Shown: positions 9,877 through 20,782, numbered from the stretch's first letter. The stretch: DNA of 64,000 nucleotides from Hydrurus foetidus (GCA_900617105.1 UYFQ01000001.1:3100001-3164000), one strand, 5' to 3'. The notes: generated from the sequence alone by a model not told the origin. Numbers and translations are program-made.

Positions 9877-10287
9877 ATGACAAAATTAACTATCGTCCTC
9901 GATACCAACATCGTTCTCGACGTGTTCGTGTTCCATGATGTCCGCGCTGAACCCATCCGTCTGGGGCTACGGGAAAACTCACTGAATTGGCTCGCTACCC
10001 AAGCCATGCGGGACGAGCTGGCGCGCGTACTGGCCTATCCAAAAATTGTTCCGCGTCTGAATTTTTATGCACTCACAGCACAAAGCGTGTTGCAAAAATT
10101 CGACCGGCACGCACAGCTGGTGGCCGCAGCGCCCAAAGCCAGCTTGACCTGCAAGGACGCCGACGATCAAAAATTCATAGACCTGGCTGTACACCACCGC
10201 GCCCTGCTCATTAGCAAGGATCAGCACGTACTTTCAATGCAAAAAAGACTCTTAGCCCAGGGAATACGGGTGCAAACAGCTATATAA
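9877..10287 (+). CDS. PIN-domain protein (PIN_3-type putative toxin, no adjacent antitoxin)
   Basis: IVLDTNIVLD, ELARVL.YPK, CKDADDQKFIDLA, LISKD. Confidence 0.88.
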   Translation: MTKLTIVLDTNIVLDVFVFHDVRAEPIRLGLRENSLNWLATQAMRDELARVLAYPKIVPRLNFYALTAQSVLQKFDRHAQLVAAAPKASLTCKDADDQKFIDLAVHHRALLISKDQHVLSMQKRLLAQGIRVQTAI

Positions 10288-10296
10288 ATAATAGCA
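10233..10296 (-). repeat. Family A motif forming the 3' end of the PIN gene
   Basis: rc TGCTATTATTTATATAGCTGTTTGCACCCGTATTCCCTGGGCTAAGAGTCTTTTTTG. Confidence 0.85.
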
Positions 10297-10309
10297 AATT
10301 TATAGGGGC

Positions 10310-11974
10310 TCAAGCGGCCAGCTGCACATCCACTGCTTTGAAGCTTTCGGCGCTTGCAAGCGGCCAATAGTCTTTAAACACCCTGTGCTGCGCACTCAGG
10401 TCTCCTAACAAAGCGCCGGGGCTCATTCGCATGATCAGGCTGCTGAGTAGGCGCACTTCGGTGTCGGTCACGCGCCGCACGATATGGTGGGCTTGCAGTT
10501 CGCTCGGGTGCGCCAGCCCGGCGGCTTGCACCAGTTCTTGCAGTGCGTGCAGTGTGCTGCGGTGAAAGTTGCGCACCCGCTCGGCTTTATCTGGCACCAC
10601 CAGTGCCTGCTGGCGGTGCGGGTCTTGCGTGGTCACGCCGGTTGGGCACTTGCCGGTGTGGCAGCTTTGCGCCTGAATGCAGCCCAGCGCCATCATGAAG
10701 CCGCGGCCCGCGTTGCACCAGTCGGCGCCCAGTGCCATCAGCCGCACCAAGTCGAATGCGCTAACCACTTTGCCCGCTGCGCCGATGGAGATGCGACTGC
10801 GCAAGTTCACGCCAATCAAGGTGTTGTGTACCAACTGCAAGCCTTCTTGCAACGGCGCACCAACGTGGTCGCTGAACTCAACTGGCGCTGCGCCCGTGCC
10901 GCCTTCAGCGCCATCAACAACAATAAAGTCAGGCGTTACTCCGGTGGCCAGCATCGCCTTGACAATGGCAAACCACTCCCACGGGTGGCCAATACAAAGT
11001 TTAAAGCCCACTGGTTTGCCGCCCGACAAGGTACGTAGCTCTGCAATGAAATCCATCAATTCATTGGGAGTAGAAAATGCGCTGTGACTGGCCGGCGATA
11101 TGCAGTCTTTGCCTTGCGGCACGCCGCGCGCGGCAGCAATTTCAGCCGTCACTTTGGGCCCCGGCAATATGCCGCCGTGGCCAGGCTTGGCACCCTGGCT
11201 CATTTTGATTTCAATCAGTTTGACTTGCGGGTCGGTTGCGTTCGCAGCAAAGCGCTCGGCGTTAAACGTGCCGTCATCGTTGCGGCAGCCGAAGTAGCCT
11301 GAGCCGATTTCCCAAATCAAATCACCGCCGTTGGCACGGTGGTGGGTGGATATGGACCCCTCACCCGTGTCATGAGCAAAGCCGCCCATTTGCGCACCTT
11401 TGTTTAACGCCAAAATGGCATTGGCAGACAGCGAGCCAAAACTGAGCGCTGAAATATTGAACACACTGGCGCTGTAGGGCTGCGTACACGGCGTGTTTGA
11501 CTCTGAAGGGTGCGCAGGCGTGCCGCCAATCCAGATGCGAAAGTCATGCGTGGCCAGCTTGGTGGGCGACATGGAATGGTTAACCCATTCGTAGCCCTGC
11601 TTGCCCACGTCAAGGTGCGTGCCAAAGGGCTGGTTGTCGGGTTCGCCCTTGGCGCGCTGGTATACCAGTGACCGCTGCGCGCGTGAAAACGGCGCGGCTT
11701 CAGCGTCGCTTTCAATAAAGTATTGACGAATTTCAGGCCGGATAAACTCAAACAAAAACCGCAGGTGGCCAATGACCGGGTAGTTGCGCAAAATAGCGTG
11801 CCGGGTTTGCCTGAGGTCATGCACACCGACGCCGACCAACGCCGTGCAAACAACCAGCGCCATCCATCCCACCCCAAAGGCGATCACGCTAAAAAGCGCC
11901 AGCAGCGCGCCAAAAGCGCAGAGGCCCAAAAAGCTGTAGCGCACTGGCAGGGCAGAGTCGAGTTTTTTTATCAT
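10310..11974 (-). CDS. FMN-binding glutamate synthase family protein
   Basis: N-terminal TM segments, HDTGEG, EIKMSQGAKPGHGG, VDGAEGGTGAAP, GCIQAQSCHTGKCPTGVTTQ. Confidence 0.93.
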   Translation of the reverse strand: MIKKLDSALPVRYSFLGLCAFGALLALFSVIAFGVGWMALVVCTALVGVGVHDLRQTRHAILRNYPVIGHLRFLFEFIRPEIRQYFIESDAEAAPFSRAQRSLVYQRAKGEPDNQPFGTHLDVGKQGYEWVNHSMSPTKLATHDFRIWIGGTPAHPSESNTPCTQPYSASVFNISALSFGSLSANAILALNKGAQMGGFAHDTGEGSISTHHRANGGDLIWEIGSGYFGCRNDDGTFNAERFAANATDPQVKLIEIKMSQGAKPGHGGILPGPKVTAEIAAARGVPQGKDCISPASHSAFSTPNELMDFIAELRTLSGGKPVGFKLCIGHPWEWFAIVKAMLATGVTPDFIVVDGAEGGTGAAPVEFSDHVGAPLQEGLQLVHNTLIGVNLRSRISIGAAGKVVSAFDLVRLMALGADWCNAGRGFMMALGCIQAQSCHTGKCPTGVTTQDPHRQQALVVPDKAERVRNFHRSTLHALQELVQAAGLAHPSELQAHHIVRRVTDTEVRLLSSLIMRMSPGALLGDLSAQHRVFKDYWPLASAESFKAVDVQLAA

Positions 11975-12094
11975 GGGAGCAGTTGAAATTTTTACAGATA
12001 GATGCAGACAGCGCAAAGCTACACTGCGCATCATAAAAGCGCAACGCGCCGCTTCGTTGCTTAACCCTCAATAGCCCAAAGTTTGCTGACCAAT

Positions 12095-12907
12095 ATGACG
12101 AAAAATGCCGCACCAGAGGCGAACTTACCACTGATGGAGCTTGAAGCCTTCGACGAGCTGGACGCCATCTTGGACGACCTGCGGCTGCGTTACGACGAAA
12201 CGCCGCAGTGGGAATTTTGCGAAGGCTTCATGGCCGCAGTGATTTGTATGCGCAGGCCAGTGGCCGCAAGTGAGTATTTGGCGGCGCTGCTGGGCACGCC
12301 AGAGGCCGATCAGGCGCCCGATGCTGACGGCGGCTCTTTCAAGAACGACGCGCAGCAGGCTCAGTTCATGGCGCTGTGGCATCAGCGCTGGGCCGAAGTC
12401 TCTACGGCGCTTGACGCCAAGGTTGACAGCCTTGAAGACGAGCGCTGCTACCACCCCGAAGTAATGGACATCCGCGGCGCCATAGCAGAAATGCCGCCTG
12501 AAGAGCAAGCCAAATTTAGCGAAGAAGACACGCCAGCGTTTGCGCAAGTATGGGCGCTGGGCTTTATGTTTGCGGTGGAATATTGGCCAGAAGAATGGGC
12601 CGCGCCACGCGATAAAGACGCTGCTAAATGGCTGGACGATGCGCTGCAAGCGGTGGTTGCCATGACTGAAGACGACCTAGAGGCGCCCGAGGTGTCGCCT
12701 TTAAATGAAGAAGGCGCACCGAGTACCAGCATTGCGCGGCTCAATGCGTTTGGTGAGGCCATTTGGGCGGTGTATGACTTGCGTGAGTTGTGGCTGACGT
12801 TGGGGCCGCGCATTGAAACGGTGCGGGCAGTGGCTACGCCTGGGCGTAATGAGGCTTGCTCTTGTGGGAGTGGGAAGAAGTTTAAGAAGTGTTGTGGGGC
12901 TGGGTGA
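12095..12907 (+). CDS. UPF0149/YecA family protein with C-terminal SEC-C motif
   Basis: WEFCEGFMAAV, WALGFM, GRNEACSCGSGKKFKKCC. Confidence 0.88.
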   Translation: MTKNAAPEANLPLMELEAFDELDAILDDLRLRYDETPQWEFCEGFMAAVICMRRPVAASEYLAALLGTPEADQAPDADGGSFKNDAQQAQFMALWHQRWAEVSTALDAKVDSLEDERCYHPEVMDIRGAIAEMPPEEQAKFSEEDTPAFAQVWALGFMFAVEYWPEEWAAPRDKDAAKWLDDALQAVVAMTEDDLEAPEVSPLNEEGAPSTSIARLNAFGEAIWAVYDLRELWLTLGPRIETVRAVATPGRNEACSCGSGKKFKKCCGAG

Positions 12908-12966
12908 GCATTTTCTGGCCTTTGGCGCAATAAATACGGGCGCTAGCAGCTCTTCAATTTATAGCG
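12906..12966 (-). repeat. Family A motif
   Basis: rc CGCTATAAATTGAAGAGCTGCTAGCGCCCGTATTTATTGCGCCAAAGGCC. Confidence 0.9.
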
Positions 12967-12970
12967 GTCT

Positions 12971-13017
12971 GCCTTCACGTTGAGTGCCGGGCTACCCCCG
13001 GCAAACGACGTGAAGGC
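12971..13017. other. Stem-loop between convergent genes (possible terminator)
   Basis: GCCTTCACGT..TGCCGGG-loop-CCCGGCA..ACGTGAAGGC. Confidence 0.65.
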
Positions 13018-13024
13018 GAAATAA

Positions 13025-13087
13025 GCTATCAATTAATGAGCTATCCGCGCCCGTATATAAAGCGCCGTAGCAAGAAAAGGCACAAAA
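13025..13087 (+). repeat. Family A motif (degenerate)
   Basis: GCTATCAATTAATGAGCTATCCGCGCCCGTATATAAAGCGC. Confidence 0.75.
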
Positions 13088-13088
13088 C

Positions 13089-15200
13089 TCAAGCCTTCAC
13101 AAACTCAGCCCGAGCCCCCAACCACCTCATCACATGCCGCTCAGCCAACTCCGCATACCCATCCAGCATCACAGGCGCCAAACCCCGAGCCCACTCCAGC
13201 CAAGCCCCATCAAACTCCAAATCAGCAAACCTGAGCAAAGGCGCACCCGACTGACGCGCGCCTAAAAACTCTCCCGGCCCGCGAATGTCCAAATCCCGGC
13301 GCGCAATCTCAAATCCGTCATTGGTTTCCACCATTGCTTTAAGCCGCGCTTTGGCCGTGTCGCCTAATCGCGAGGAATCTCCGGTCGAATACAGCAGCAC
13401 ACATGCAGATGCTGCTGCGCCCCGCCCCACGCGGCCGCGCAGCTGGTGCAACTGGCTAAGGCCAAACCGCTCGGCGTGTTCAATCACCATCAGGCTCGCG
13501 TTGGGCACGTCCACGCCCACTTCAATCACCGTGGTGCTGACCAGCACGGCCATCACACCTTCGTTGAACAGCGCCATCACGGCTTTTTTCTCTACGGTTG
13601 GCATGCGCGAATGCAGCAGACCGACCAGCACGCCCGGAAGGGCTGCGCTTAATGTCTCGTGCGTTTGCGTAGCGTTAGTTAGGTCCAGCATTTCGCTTTC
13701 TTCAATCAGCGGGCACACCCAGTACACCTGCCGGCCTTCTGCAATTTGGCTGCGAATGCGCTCAATGACTTCATCACGCCGCGAATCATTGACCACTTTG
13801 GTCACGATGGCAGTGCGCCCCGGAGGCAGCTCGTCGATGGTTGACACGTCAAGGTCTGCGTAATAGCTCATGGCCAGTGTGCGCGGAATAGGCGTGGCAG
13901 TCATCATCAACAAGTGCGGCTCTTGCGCCCCAGGTTGGCCCGGCGTTGCACTGCCATTTGTCATCTTGCTGCGCAGTGCCAGGCGCTGCGCCACGCCAAA
14001 GCGGTGCTGCTCGTCAATGATGGCAAGCGCCAGGTTTTTAAAAATGACTTTGTCTTGAATCACCGCGTGCGTGCCGACTACTAAACCCGCTTCGCCGCTG
14101 GCAATCAAGGCCAGCGCCTCACGGCGCTCTTTGGCTTTTTGGCTACCGGTCAGCCACGCGGTTTTGATGCCCAATGGCTCCAGCCAGGTGATGAGTTTTC
14201 TGAAATGCTGCTCCGCCAAAATCTCAGTGGGCGCCATCAGCGCGCATTGCCAGCCTGCGTCGATGCAGCGTGCAGCGGCGAGGGCTGCCACTACGGTTTT
14301 GCCCGAGCCCACATCGCCTTGCAGCAGGCGGTGCATGGGCACGGTTTTTTGCAAGTCAGCGGCGATTTCTGCACCCACACGCTGTTGTGCGTCCGTTAAA
14401 TGAAATGGCAAGCGTTCAAGCAATTGGTCGTGCAGGGTGCATTGCGTGTTGCTCAGCGACTGACTGGCCAGCGGTGGCGCACGCATGGCGGCTCGCACGC
14501 GTCTGGCTTCAAGTTGCGACAGTTGCTGGGCCAGCAGCTCTTCAGCTTTCAAGCGTTGCCAGGCCGGGTGGGTGTGGTCTTCAAAGGTAGCCAATGCAAC
14601 GTCAGGCGTTGGGTTGTGTAAAAACTGTAGCGCCTCACGCAGATTCAACATGGGCCGCGGCAGGTTTCTATTCAAAAATAGCGGAGGAATCGTTTCGCCT
14701 AAATCCGCCCGCGAGACGCCGCCGAGTACCGCTTTTCGCAAATAGGCCTGCGGCAAACCCGCCACGGTTGAATAAATCGGCGTGAGCGCGCCGGGCAGTT
14801 CGCCGCCCGCAAGCTTGAAGCTGGGGTGCACCATTTCACGACTTAAAAACCCGCCCCGCAGCTCGCCGCGCGCCCGCACGCGCGCGCCAACGCTTAGCGT
14901 CTTTTGATGCGACGGGTAAAAATTTAAAAATCGCAGTGTGCAGGTGTCAGTGCCGTCGTCAATCGTCACGCGCAGCTGCCGACGCGGGCGAAACGCGATT
15001 TCGCTGTTCGTCACCTGGCCTTCAATTTGCACCAGGTCACCGTCTCGCGCATCGGCCAGCGTCGTGATGCGCGTTTCGTCTTCGTAGCGCAGCGGCAAGT
15101 GCAGCGCCAAGTCAATGCCCGTGCGCAGGCCGAGCTTTTCCAGCGCTTTCTGTGCGGCGGTTTTGACGGGTGCGGCGGGCACCTTTGCAGCAGTTGGCAT
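13089..15200 (-). CDS. recG: ATP-dependent DNA helicase RecG
   Basis: RLLQGDVGSGKT, IIDEQHRFGV, MTATPIPRTL, LHQLRGRVGRG. Confidence 0.98.
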   Translation of the reverse strand: MPTAAKVPAAPVKTAAQKALEKLGLRTGIDLALHLPLRYEDETRITTLADARDGDLVQIEGQVTNSEIAFRPRRQLRVTIDDGTDTCTLRFLNFYPSHQKTLSVGARVRARGELRGGFLSREMVHPSFKLAGGELPGALTPIYSTVAGLPQAYLRKAVLGGVSRADLGETIPPLFLNRNLPRPMLNLREALQFLHNPTPDVALATFEDHTHPAWQRLKAEELLAQQLSQLEARRVRAAMRAPPLASQSLSNTQCTLHDQLLERLPFHLTDAQQRVGAEIAADLQKTVPMHRLLQGDVGSGKTVVAALAAARCIDAGWQCALMAPTEILAEQHFRKLITWLEPLGIKTAWLTGSQKAKERREALALIASGEAGLVVGTHAVIQDKVIFKNLALAIIDEQHRFGVAQRLALRSKMTNGSATPGQPGAQEPHLLMMTATPIPRTLAMSYYADLDVSTIDELPPGRTAIVTKVVNDSRRDEVIERIRSQIAEGRQVYWVCPLIEESEMLDLTNATQTHETLSAALPGVLVGLLHSRMPTVEKKAVMALFNEGVMAVLVSTTVIEVGVDVPNASLMVIEHAERFGLSQLHQLRGRVGRGAAASACVLLYSTGDSSRLGDTAKARLKAMVETNDGFEIARRDLDIRGPGEFLGARQSGAPLLRFADLEFDGAWLEWARGLAPVMLDGYAELAERHVMRWLGARAEFVKA

Positions 15201-15217
15201 GGGACAATTGTGCCCGT

Positions 15218-16261
15218 ATGAAGACTGATTTCACCCTTGCTGATTTTGATTTTGAGCTGCCGCCCGAGCTGGTTGCGCAGCACCCGCCCCAGCAGCGCAG
15301 CGGCTCGCGCTTGCTTGACGGCCGTGCGCCGCAGGCCGCTGACCGCCAGTTCACGGATCTGCCCGACTTGTTGCTGCCCGGTGATTTGCTGGTGTTCAAC
15401 GACACCAAAGTCGTCAAGGCGCGACTGTTCGGTCAAAAGGCCAGCGGCGGACGCCTGGAGTTGTTGATTGAGCGCGTGCTGTCTGTTAATGCCAATTTGG
15501 GCCATGAAGTAGCGGCGCACATGAAGGTTAGCAAAAAGCCCCTGCCGGGCGCGGTGATGCAAATGGACGGCGGCTTTACGGCCACGTTGCTGGGGCGCTG
15601 GCCGAACGTCGATGGGCCTTTGTACAAATTTAAATTGAGCAGTGACCCGTATGCGCTGATGGCCGCCCACGGCCACGTCCCCCTGCCGCCGTACATCACC
15701 CATACCGACTCACTTGACGATGAGCAGCGCTACCAAACCGTGTTTGCCAAACACCCAGGTGCAGTCGCCGCCCCGACAGCGGCACTGCATTTTGACGACG
15801 CGGTACTGGCTCAACTGGCAGCGCGAGGCGTGCAGCGCGCCAGCGTCACCCTGCATGTCGGCGCCGGAACCTTTCAGCCCGTTAAAGCTGAAAATATTGC
15901 CGACCATGTGATGCACTTTGAGCGCTTTGAAGTACCCGATGCAACTTTGCAAGCCATTGCCGATTGCAAAGCGCGCGGTGGGCGTGTCGTGGCGGTAGGC
16001 ACCACCACTGTGCGGGCGCTGGAGTCCCAGGCGAAATTTGGCGCAACGTGCAACGACACCAATATTTTCATCACGCCGGGTTTTGAATTTCAAGTGGTCG
16101 ACACTTTGTTGACCAACTTTCACCTACCCAGAAGCACGCTGATGATGCTGGTCAGTGCTTTCGCCGGGTACGAGCACATCATGGGCCTGTACCAGCACGC
16201 TATTGGCGAGCGTTACCGATTCTTCAGCTACGGCGACTGCATGCTGCTAAATAGGCAGTAG
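15218..16261 (+). CDS. queA: tRNA preQ1(34) SAM ribosyltransferase-isomerase QueA
   Basis: DFDFELPPELVAQ, VFNDTKV, PLPPYI, AAPTAALHF, TNFHLP, RFFSYGD. Confidence 0.97.
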   Translation: MKTDFTLADFDFELPPELVAQHPPQQRSGSRLLDGRAPQAADRQFTDLPDLLLPGDLLVFNDTKVVKARLFGQKASGGRLELLIERVLSVNANLGHEVAAHMKVSKKPLPGAVMQMDGGFTATLLGRWPNVDGPLYKFKLSSDPYALMAAHGHVPLPPYITHTDSLDDEQRYQTVFAKHPGAVAAPTAALHFDDAVLAQLAARGVQRASVTLHVGAGTFQPVKAENIADHVMHFERFEVPDATLQAIADCKARGGRVVAVGTTTVRALESQAKFGATCNDTNIFITPGFEFQVVDTLLTNFHLPRSTLMMLVSAFAGYEHIMGLYQHAIGERYRFFSYGDCMLLNRQ

Positions 16262-16324
16262 TTGGCTATTAAATTAGACTGCAGCCCAATAAATGCAGGC
16301 GCGAGCAGCTATTATTTTAGTAGT
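16262..16324 (-). repeat. Family A motif
   Basis: rc ACTACTAAAATAATAGCTGCTCGCGCCTGCATTTATTGGGCTGCAGTCTAATTT. Confidence 0.9.
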
Positions 16325-16358
16325 GCTGTGTTGCTAGGTGTGGATGGTTTGCTTAGGC

Positions 16359-16736
16359 CTAGTTAGCCTTTGCAAAGTACCGCACACCAGCTAAATTTTG
16401 GTAGTCTATATCTTGCGTCCAGAAGGTGGCGTTGTGCTCTTGCGCCATGCTGTACATCGCCGCATCAGCCAGCGCCAGTCCGTGTTGCCGGGCCGCTTTG
16501 GATGCTGCTATCGCGCGTTGGTCCGTTAAGTCCAGTACGCGGCCCAAACGCATCACGTTCAGGCACCGGTCGACTATTTCCGCACCCAAGCTACGACTTA
16601 AAATTTTGTGAACCTCGAACAACGCGATGGTTGGCACCAGCAACTGGTCGCGTTGTTCGATTGCCGCGGCAAATAAATCTGCACGCGGGCTGTCGGTCAG
16701 GTATTCAATCCAGCCGGAAGAGTCAACCACGTTCAT
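16359..16736 (-). CDS. vapC: VapC-family PIN toxin
   Basis: MNVVDSSGWIEY, LFEV, LADAAMY, WTQD. Confidence 0.9.
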   Translation of the reverse strand: MNVVDSSGWIEYLTDSPRADLFAAAIEQRDQLLVPTIALFEVHKILSRSLGAEIVDRCLNVMRLGRVLDLTDQRAIAASKAARQHGLALADAAMYSMAQEHNATFWTQDIDYQNLAGVRYFAKAN

Positions 16737-16957
16737 TCAAACGTCCGATCGGGTTCTTTTTCAGGCTCAATGTTGCCCAAGTCATAGCCTTTTAAAATTC
16801 CCCGATAAGCGCTCATGGGAAGTTCAGGTTTAATAATGAGCTCGCTTCCGCGCACCTCAAAATGGATGTGCGAGCCGGGGGTTATACCCAGTTTGGCTCG
16901 CATGGCGACAGGCAAGGTGACCTGCCCTTTGCTCGAAACGATGGCTTCTGCTTGCAT
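16733..16957 (-). CDS. vapB: AbrB/MazE/SpoVT-family antitoxin (VapB)
   Basis: VSSKGQVTLPVAMRAKLGI.PG; AGGAGG RBS; 4-bp overlap with the toxin start. Confidence 0.9.
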   Translation of the reverse strand: MQAEAIVSSKGQVTLPVAMRAKLGITPGSHIHFEVRGSELIIKPELPMSAYRGILKGYDLGNIEPEKEPDRTFE

Positions 16958-16975
16958 ATTCACCTCCTTTTTTGA

Positions 16976-18208
<1,233 letters not shown>

Positions 18209-18234
18209 AACGATTTTTTTAAAGGGCTTGAAAC

Positions 18235-19026
18235 ATGAATCACATCGCTTTGTCTCGCCGCCGCTACCTGTCTGCTGCCGCGTTGCTGGCTCTGACCGGT
18301 GGTTGCGCAACTGGAACCCGCTCGCCAGATGCCAACAGCAAGCCGATATTTGGCTTTCAAGATAAATCACTGCGCCCGGGCAATGGCGGCGAGCTGGTCA
18401 CTGCTGGCGCACTGCGCCCCGGCGACATTATTTTGACGGCTGAAAACGGCATGAATTCTGTGGCCATTCGGCTGGCTACGCTGTCGCCGGTCAGCCACGC
18501 GGCGGTGTACCTGGGTGACAACCATATTTCAGAAGCCGTTGGCGCGGGTATTCGCCGCCGCAGCGTTGACGCCATGGTGGCTGAAGAGGCGACTGTGGTG
18601 GCCTTTCGGCACCCGCTGCTTAACGCCGAGCAAGCCAGCAAAATCAACGCTTTTGCCGCCAAGTACGAAGGCCAGAAGTACAACTACGTGGGTGTGATGT
18701 TGCAAGCGCCGTTCACCATCGAGCGGCGCGCCTGCGAGCTGCCTTTAGTGCCGTCGTTGGTGCGTGATTTTTGTATTCGCGGCATTGCTGCCGTGCAACT
18801 GGGCTTGGGGCGCAACGACCAGTTTTTTTGCTCGCAATACATTCTGGAAGCGTACCGAAGCGCGGGCCTGCCGTTAACTGATGCAGACCCGCGTTTGATC
18901 AACCCCGGCGACTTGCTCAACATGCGGGCGGGTGATGTGCCGTCCATCAAAATTTACCAGCCGCTGCAGTACGTGGGGCATCTGAAGTCGCCACCTGATC
19001 CGGTGGCGACTTCAGTGCAGCTCTAG
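18235..19026 (+). CDS. YaeF/YiiX-like permuted papain-like NlpC/P60 lipoprotein
   Basis: Lipobox LTGGC, LRPGDIIL, SHAAVYLG, FFCSQYI. Confidence 0.82.
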   Translation: MNHIALSRRRYLSAAALLALTGGCATGTRSPDANSKPIFGFQDKSLRPGNGGELVTAGALRPGDIILTAENGMNSVAIRLATLSPVSHAAVYLGDNHISEAVGAGIRRRSVDAMVAEEATVVAFRHPLLNAEQASKINAFAAKYEGQKYNYVGVMLQAPFTIERRACELPLVPSLVRDFCIRGIAAVQLGLGRNDQFFCSQYILEAYRSAGLPLTDADPRLINPGDLLNMRAGDVPSIKIYQPLQYVGHLKSPPDPVATSVQL

Positions 19027-19044
19027 TCCGGCGCAAAAATTACA

Positions 19045-19542
19045 CTAGCTGCCCACGTGCATTGTGAACAGCGCACCATTGGACAACTTGCATTGCCCGG
19101 TGCCCAGCGTGGTCGAGTTCATCTGGTACTTGCAGTTGATAAAGCTGCCGCGGTTGCCCGCGCCGTTAGCTACGCCTTCACGTGAGGATGATCCTGATAC
19201 GCGCGTTGCCTCACCACTGAAGCTTTCACCATTGATGTTGGTGGTGAAGGTTCCCCGCCCATTCAGGTCATTCGTCACCACCGCACCAATCAAACCGTAG
19301 CGCTGCGCCGCCTCATTGGCAGGGTACAGCCGTGCGGCAAACGTGACCGGTAATGGCGCTGCCGGAATCGATGGCACTGGAAGGGGCTGCGGCGTGCTGT
19401 ACACAGTTTGCGGCTGCCCGGTTTGCGGGTTGATTGGCACTACATAGCAGCCGGTCAGCGCTGCGGTAGCGACGCCAAAGCCGAGCAATACCGCACGGCG
19501 TGAAAATTGAACAAAACGAAAAGAAGATGAAGCTACTTTCAT
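19045..19542 (-). CDS. Hypothetical lipoprotein
   Basis: Signal peptide with LTGC lipobox, Pro-rich linker, beta-rich domain. Confidence 0.75.
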   Translation of the reverse strand: MKVASSSFRFVQFSRRAVLLGFGVATAALTGCYVVPINPQTGQPQTVYSTPQPLPVPSIPAAPLPVTFAARLYPANEAAQRYGLIGAVVTNDLNGRGTFTTNINGESFSGEATRVSGSSSREGVANGAGNRGSFINCKYQMNSTTLGTGQCKLSNGALFTMHVGS

Positions 19543-19663
19543 ATAAAACCAGGTTGCCCAAGCAAATGCTTGTGGGGGCAGTGTGCTGGTTTCTGCTTGT
19601 CTGGTCGCTTCAAACAGTACGAGTATGCTAATAAAATACTTGAAGCATCAAAAAATGGTACTT

Positions 19664-20782
19664 CTAGCTCGCCGCAGCCGACACAGGAGTTAAATCAACG
19701 CTTGTCTCGGCTGCCGACTCAGTTGCTGCACCACTCGAACCCAGCATCTTCTGACCCGAAGCGCCGCAGGCATGGCAAAACTTGGCGAATGCGCTTTTGC
19801 GCGTAGAGCAAGCGCCGCAGTGGTCAAACAGGCCAATGCCGCAATGCGGGCAAAAGTCGATCTCGGTATTTTTCAAATCCACCGGTCGCTCGCAACCGGG
19901 GCACACATTTTTCGATAAACGGGTCAGTGCGGTGTCGTAACTTAACTCTTCCCTGCGCTGAAGATTGGGCATTTGCTCGGCCAGTTTTTGGCGCTCAAGG
20001 TAGCGGTTCAGCGACACAATGGCTTGGCGCCCAACCAGCACCGTCACCACAATACCAACAACGTAGCGCACATAGCCGCCGTAGCTGGGCAGGTACGGCA
20101 CCAGCTCAACAAAAAATGCAAACAGCGCGAAAATAATAAAGCCCCATACAAAAGGCCAGTAGGTGCCTTTGCGTTTTTTCACGAATAGCCAGCCGGCAAT
20201 CAGCAGCAGCGGTAGCGTCAGCGCCAGGCGGTATAAAAACACCCGCAGCTCGACTGCTCTGTTAGCCACGTCGAGCTGCTTTTGCGCGGCGGCATTTAGC
20301 TCTTGCAACTTGGCTTGCGTGCGCTCGGCCGTTTGGCTGGCGTCAAGCGCTGCCTGCTGCTGGGCCTCAACTGCAACGCCCGCTGCGCGCTCTTTGGCTT
20401 TTAGTGTGTCGAGCGCTTTGGTGCGGGCAATCAGCTCTGTGTCTTGGTCGGGCTGGGCAGTAGCGCGACGGGTTGAAAGCCAGTTGCCGAAAGTTTCACT
20501 GGCTGCCGCCGTGTCGGCGCGCGCCGCGCTGCGTTTGAGCTGGGCCTGCTGAAGCGCAGCCTCTGCCGCCTCCCCGGCAATTTCAGACGCCTTGATTTCA
20601 CTCTTTAAGGCGCTGCTGATTTTTTTGTCTGCAAAGTCATCAATGCTTAACGTTTTTTCGACTTGCGGTAAGTCACCCACCACGGCCGAGCCCAGCCCTA
20701 TTAAAAAACTTGCAAATACCAGCGCCACCAGCCACAGGCCGCGGCGCATCCATTTTTCAGTCAGGCGAAGAGATTTGGTCAT
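19664..20782 (-). CDS. Membrane protein with periplasmic coiled coil and C-terminal double zinc ribbon
   Basis: TM segment, long Ala-rich helix, 3 TM segments, CPGC..CPHC..CGAC..CHAC. Confidence 0.8.
   Translation of the reverse strand: MTKSLRLTEKWMRRGLWLVALVFASFLIGLGSAVVGDLPQVEKTLSIDDFADKKISSALKSEIKASEIAGEAAEAALQQAQLKRSAARADTAAASETFGNWLSTRRATAQPDQDTELIARTKALDTLKAKERAAGVAVEAQQQAALDASQTAERTQAKLQELNAAAQKQLDVANRAVELRVFLYRLALTLPLLLIAGWLFVKKRKGTYWPFVWGFIIFALFAFFVELVPYLPSYGGYVRYVVGIVVTVLVGRQAIVSLNRYLERQKLAEQMPNLQRREELSYDTALTRLSKNVCPGCERPVDLKNTEIDFCPHCGIGLFDHCGACSTRKSAFAKFCHACGASGQKMLGSSGAATESAAETSVDLTPVSAAAS

Noticed and set aside
14650..14685. Possible family A copy in recG (rc GCTATTTTTGAATAGAAACCTGCCGCGGCCC)
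   Set aside because: Only the head partly matches and the core is absent; left uncounted pending a PWM scan.
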